Position numbers and translations under genes: made by a program. A DNA stretch of 64,000 bases from Vicugna vicugna. Lineage: Eukaryota. This document shows positions 60,997 to 64,000 of the stretch, in pieces. Location of the stretch: positions 3,322,388 to 3,386,387 of the forward strand of contig MU062119.1 of NCBI GenBank assembly GCA_013265495.1, written 5' to 3'. Each line of letters begins with the position of its first letter. Positions within the stretch are counted from its first letter, which is position 1. The notes under the pieces are model-generated. The model ran no database searches. It was not told the origin of the DNA and saw only the letters and a program-made list of their open reading frames with translations.

Positions 60997-61419
60997 CCTG
61001 CTAGTTCTCCGTGGCTGCCAGGACAGAGGGCCACGAACCGGGTGGCTTGAGCCATAGAGATGTACCCTGTCACAGCTCTGGAGACCGCAGGTCTGAGCTC
61101 AGGGCGTCGGCAGGGCCGGCTCCGGGAGGCTGTGCAGGAGGGTCTGCTCCAGGCCATGTCCTGGCTGTGGTGCCTCTGGTGTCCCCTGACTCGTAGGTGC
61201 GTCAGCCTGCCTGCACACACGTCCCACCGTGCGTGTCTGTGACCAAGAAGTCCCCTCTTGCTAAGTTCTCTGTCCTATTGGATTAGGGCTCACCTGACAG
61301 CCTCATCCTAACTCGACCGCCGGCAAAGACCCGGTTTCCAGACAAGGGATGAGGTCACATTCACAGGTCCGGGGGCTAGGACTCGAACACCTTTTGGGGG
61401 ACACAATTCAACCGAAACA
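60997..61419 (-). mobile_element. ERVL-MaLR solo LTR, MLT1B/C-like
   Basis: GGCTGCC...GGGTGGCTTGA...GTCGGCAGGGCC...ATTGGATTAGGG...GAGGTCACATTCACAGGT...TTTTGGGGGACACAATTCAACCGAAACA. Confidence 0.92.
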
Positions 61420-61751
61420 GGAGTTGACCGAGAACATTCACGTAAGAAATTCCCTGCAGTAGCTGCAAATGCTCACCACTTAGCAGCATTCACTATTGCT
61501 GGGTGGTTTTTGGGTTTGGTTTTTTTTGTTTGTTTGTTTGTTTTGTAGTTATCTTACTTTTTCATGAACCCCTAGACCAGGTCCCCAGGTTTACACCGAC
61601 AGGAGCAAAGAGGCCGCCCCTGTTCTGCTAATCCAGCTCTGCGGATTTCCAGTGGACGATTGGCAGGAAGCCCCATCGATTTGGTCAGGCCATCCTTGGA
61701 TCTCAGTTGGCCAGCTGGGAGCCTGACTGACCTCCCCATGGCCACTAGCTG

Positions 61752-61774
61752 GACAGACAGACAGACAGACAGAC
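61752..61774. repeat. (GACA)5 tetranucleotide repeat
   Basis: GACAGACAGACAGACAGACAGAC. Confidence 0.9.
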
Positions 61775-63525
61775 TCAGCCAAGGGGCCAAAAGTTTCAAG
61801 TCTCCCCAGATTCCTCCAGCCTCGAGACTGGATCTTACCATGGAATGAAACTCATTCAAAGGCATCTTCATTTTCCATAGGACGTGCCAGCCGCAGACAG
61901 GCAAGGCAGAAAGAGTGGCTGGAGATCCCAGCTCCGTCCTCCCACCTCTGCCTTCCTGGAAGTCGGTCCCTTGTCTCCTCTTCCCTTCCTCTCCTCCTGT
62001 CTGTGGGCAGGAAATGAGGACAGTCCTGCTTTCAACCTTCCCCCCACTCTGAGGTTTCCTGGGCGATGACCTCAGCAGGTGACTGTCTGGTGGGCCGGAG
62101 GGTGACTGTCCTGCGTGTGAGCCGATGGCGCCTTCCTAGTACGGCGCGCTGAGCGTCTCCCAGCGTCCTCGATAAGGAGATCAACTTCAAACGAAACGAT
62201 CTCCAAATGGCTGAGTGGTGACCTAAAAAATGAACGCTAATAGGAAGTGGGACGCCTCCGCCTCTGAGTAATTGGCTCTTTTTTCATAGATGAGTCGAAT
62301 CTGTGCAAAATTCCTTCCCCCAATTATAAATAGAACCCAGTGTGCGTTTTGGTTGGGCTGTTCTTCTTTTATGAGGTTTTTCCCACAGACAAAAGGGGTT
62401 TCAGTTTCAGGAGAAATGATTGCCAACGGCAAGAGGTTCGGGGAAGGATTCGGACCAGGGCCGCCTGCTTCCTCATCAGATTCGGCCATGGCGCACACCC
62501 TGGGCGAGTGTCTTTCTTGGAGAAGAACACCTGGAAGCAGCACCTGGAAGATGTGACTCCAGCCCTGCTGCGCCGTGGCTTCCCGGGCGACCCGCACCAG
62601 CTTGCTCCCCTGGGTCGGCAGCTCAGCCAGCCTTTGCGCTCAGAGTCTGGACCCTGCAAGGTATGCAGGGAGGAAAAACAGTCCACACCTCTCGGAAGCC
62701 TGGTCGGAGAGGTCCGTGATGAGAGGAGGACGACAGGGGAGGCGTCTGGCCCTGGAGGAGAGGCTGTGAGGCTCTGCTGCCAGGCAAAGGAAAGCAGGCC
62801 TTTGGAGACCAGCGGCAGCCGCTTTACTGGGATCCACCTGAGAGATGGAGAACCCTGGCAACGCAGACCCGCAATTCCAACATCCAACAAGCCAAAACCG
62901 AAGTTAAAAAAGCCTCAGCTGGTGACAAAAATCTGCCCTTAGTTGACAGCTCAACCATTCACTGCAGGGCCCTTTGAAGACACAGGGCAGCCCCCAGCCC
63001 CTGGGGGAAAACGACAGGATTTATGGGTTTACCTCCTTAAAATCCATCTGCGTTCTGGGTTCTGCCTGCAACTGGCCCCAGCGGCTTCAAATAAGGGATT
63101 GGGAACTGGAACATCTCGTTTAGACTTATCACCAGCAGGCAGGCGTCCCCAGGCGACGTGTCAGAGGTTGTAGGCTGGTGGCCTCCAGGAAGCCCTGCAG
63201 ATGCATGTTACTTACTGACCACCGTGTTCTAAACATCCAGTTTTTTTGATGTCTTTGGTGGGGAGCAAAGTGACATTTGAGTTCCTACTGTTTCTTTCCC
63301 GTGGACCACCCGCTTGCCCCTGAAGACATTCGCACTGACAGCCCACCACTCATCGTCCTGGAAAGTGTCCTTGAAAGAAGAGAATCGATGACTCGGAGGG
63401 GCTCCCAGGTTGCTGGTCCCACGTTCAGTTACTCACTCACCACGCACACATTCATTCAACAAGCAACAGCAGCGCCACGCTTGCTCAGAATGTCCTGGTC
63501 AGTTGACAGCGGTGGTTAAGTGTTA

Positions 63526-63995
63526 AACAGTAGTGGGTTCTCCAGAGAAACAGGACCAATAGGAGATTTTATATTGTGTATATAACAGGAATTGGTTATG
63601 GAGGCTGAGAGGTCCTGGGGTCTGCTGTCAGCCAGCTGGAGAAGGAGGGAAGTCCGAGTCTGAAGGCCCAAGAATTGTGGGTTTATGGGGAGGGGGCTGA
63701 GGGTGTAAGTCACCATCTGAGTCCAAAAGCCCAAGAAGCAGGATGTCAGACGTCTGAGGGTGGAAGACGGACGTCTCAGCTCAAGTGGAGAGAGCAAAGG
63801 GCCCCCTCCCCTTTTTTGTTCTGCTCAGGCCCTCAGTGGGTTGGAAGGTGCCCACCCACTGGTGAGGGTGGTCTGCTTTACCCGGTCCACTGACTCAAGT
63901 GCTAGTCTCATCGGAAGCTCCCTCCCAGACACGCGCAGACGCAATGTGCTGCCAGCTCCCTGGGCAGCCCTGAGCCCACCGAAAGTCAGCCACCC
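63526..63995 (-). mobile_element. ERVL LTR, MLT2-like
   Basis: GGGTTCTCCAGAGAAACAGGACCAATAGGA...ATGGAGGCTGAGAGGTCC...TTTTTGTTCTGCTCAGGCCCTCAGTGGGTTGGAAGGTGCCCACCCAC. Confidence 0.92.
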
Positions 63996-64000
63996 CAGGG

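Noticed and set aside
1578-61961. About seven TTCYNRGAA STAT-type sites across the window
   Set aside because: About four are expected by chance and several lie inside repeats; not a clear enrichment.

Overview
This is GC-rich mammalian genomic DNA from a short-read scaffold with three N gaps (160, 163 and 171 nt). I can support no protein-coding exon, tRNA, rRNA, snoRNA or CRISPR array. The long six-frame ORFs are explained by GC-rich composition, simple repeats, N-runs or decayed LINE-1 ORF2. The window is an intergenic or deep-intronic stretch with many ancient eutherian repeats (MIR, L2, L1M, MLT1, MLT2, LTR16, MER5A/B, MER58, MER102). It also holds two younger 5'-truncated cetartiodactyl-type L1 copies. 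I saw no young ruminant, pig, whale or primate SINE, which tentatively suggests a camelid. Between the repeats lie several AT-richer unique islands carrying homeodomain/TALE, HNF1, forkhead, GATA and RORE motifs. There is also a gap-bracketed G-rich promoter-like segment at about 18-19 kb and an orphan CpG-rich patch at about 23.6 kb. Together these suggest the regulatory landscape of a neighbouring gene that I cannot identify. The most concrete oddities are a perfect 46-bp duplication with locally templated filler (30561-30682), an L1 inserted inside a MER58, a 25-bp identity between two old MLT1 LTRs 43 kb apart, and GC-shifted triplet repeats at MIR tails. I found no evidence for a new multi-gene system. 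Repeat family names come from recalled consensus sequences, and repeat boundaries are approximate (about +/-20-50 bp).
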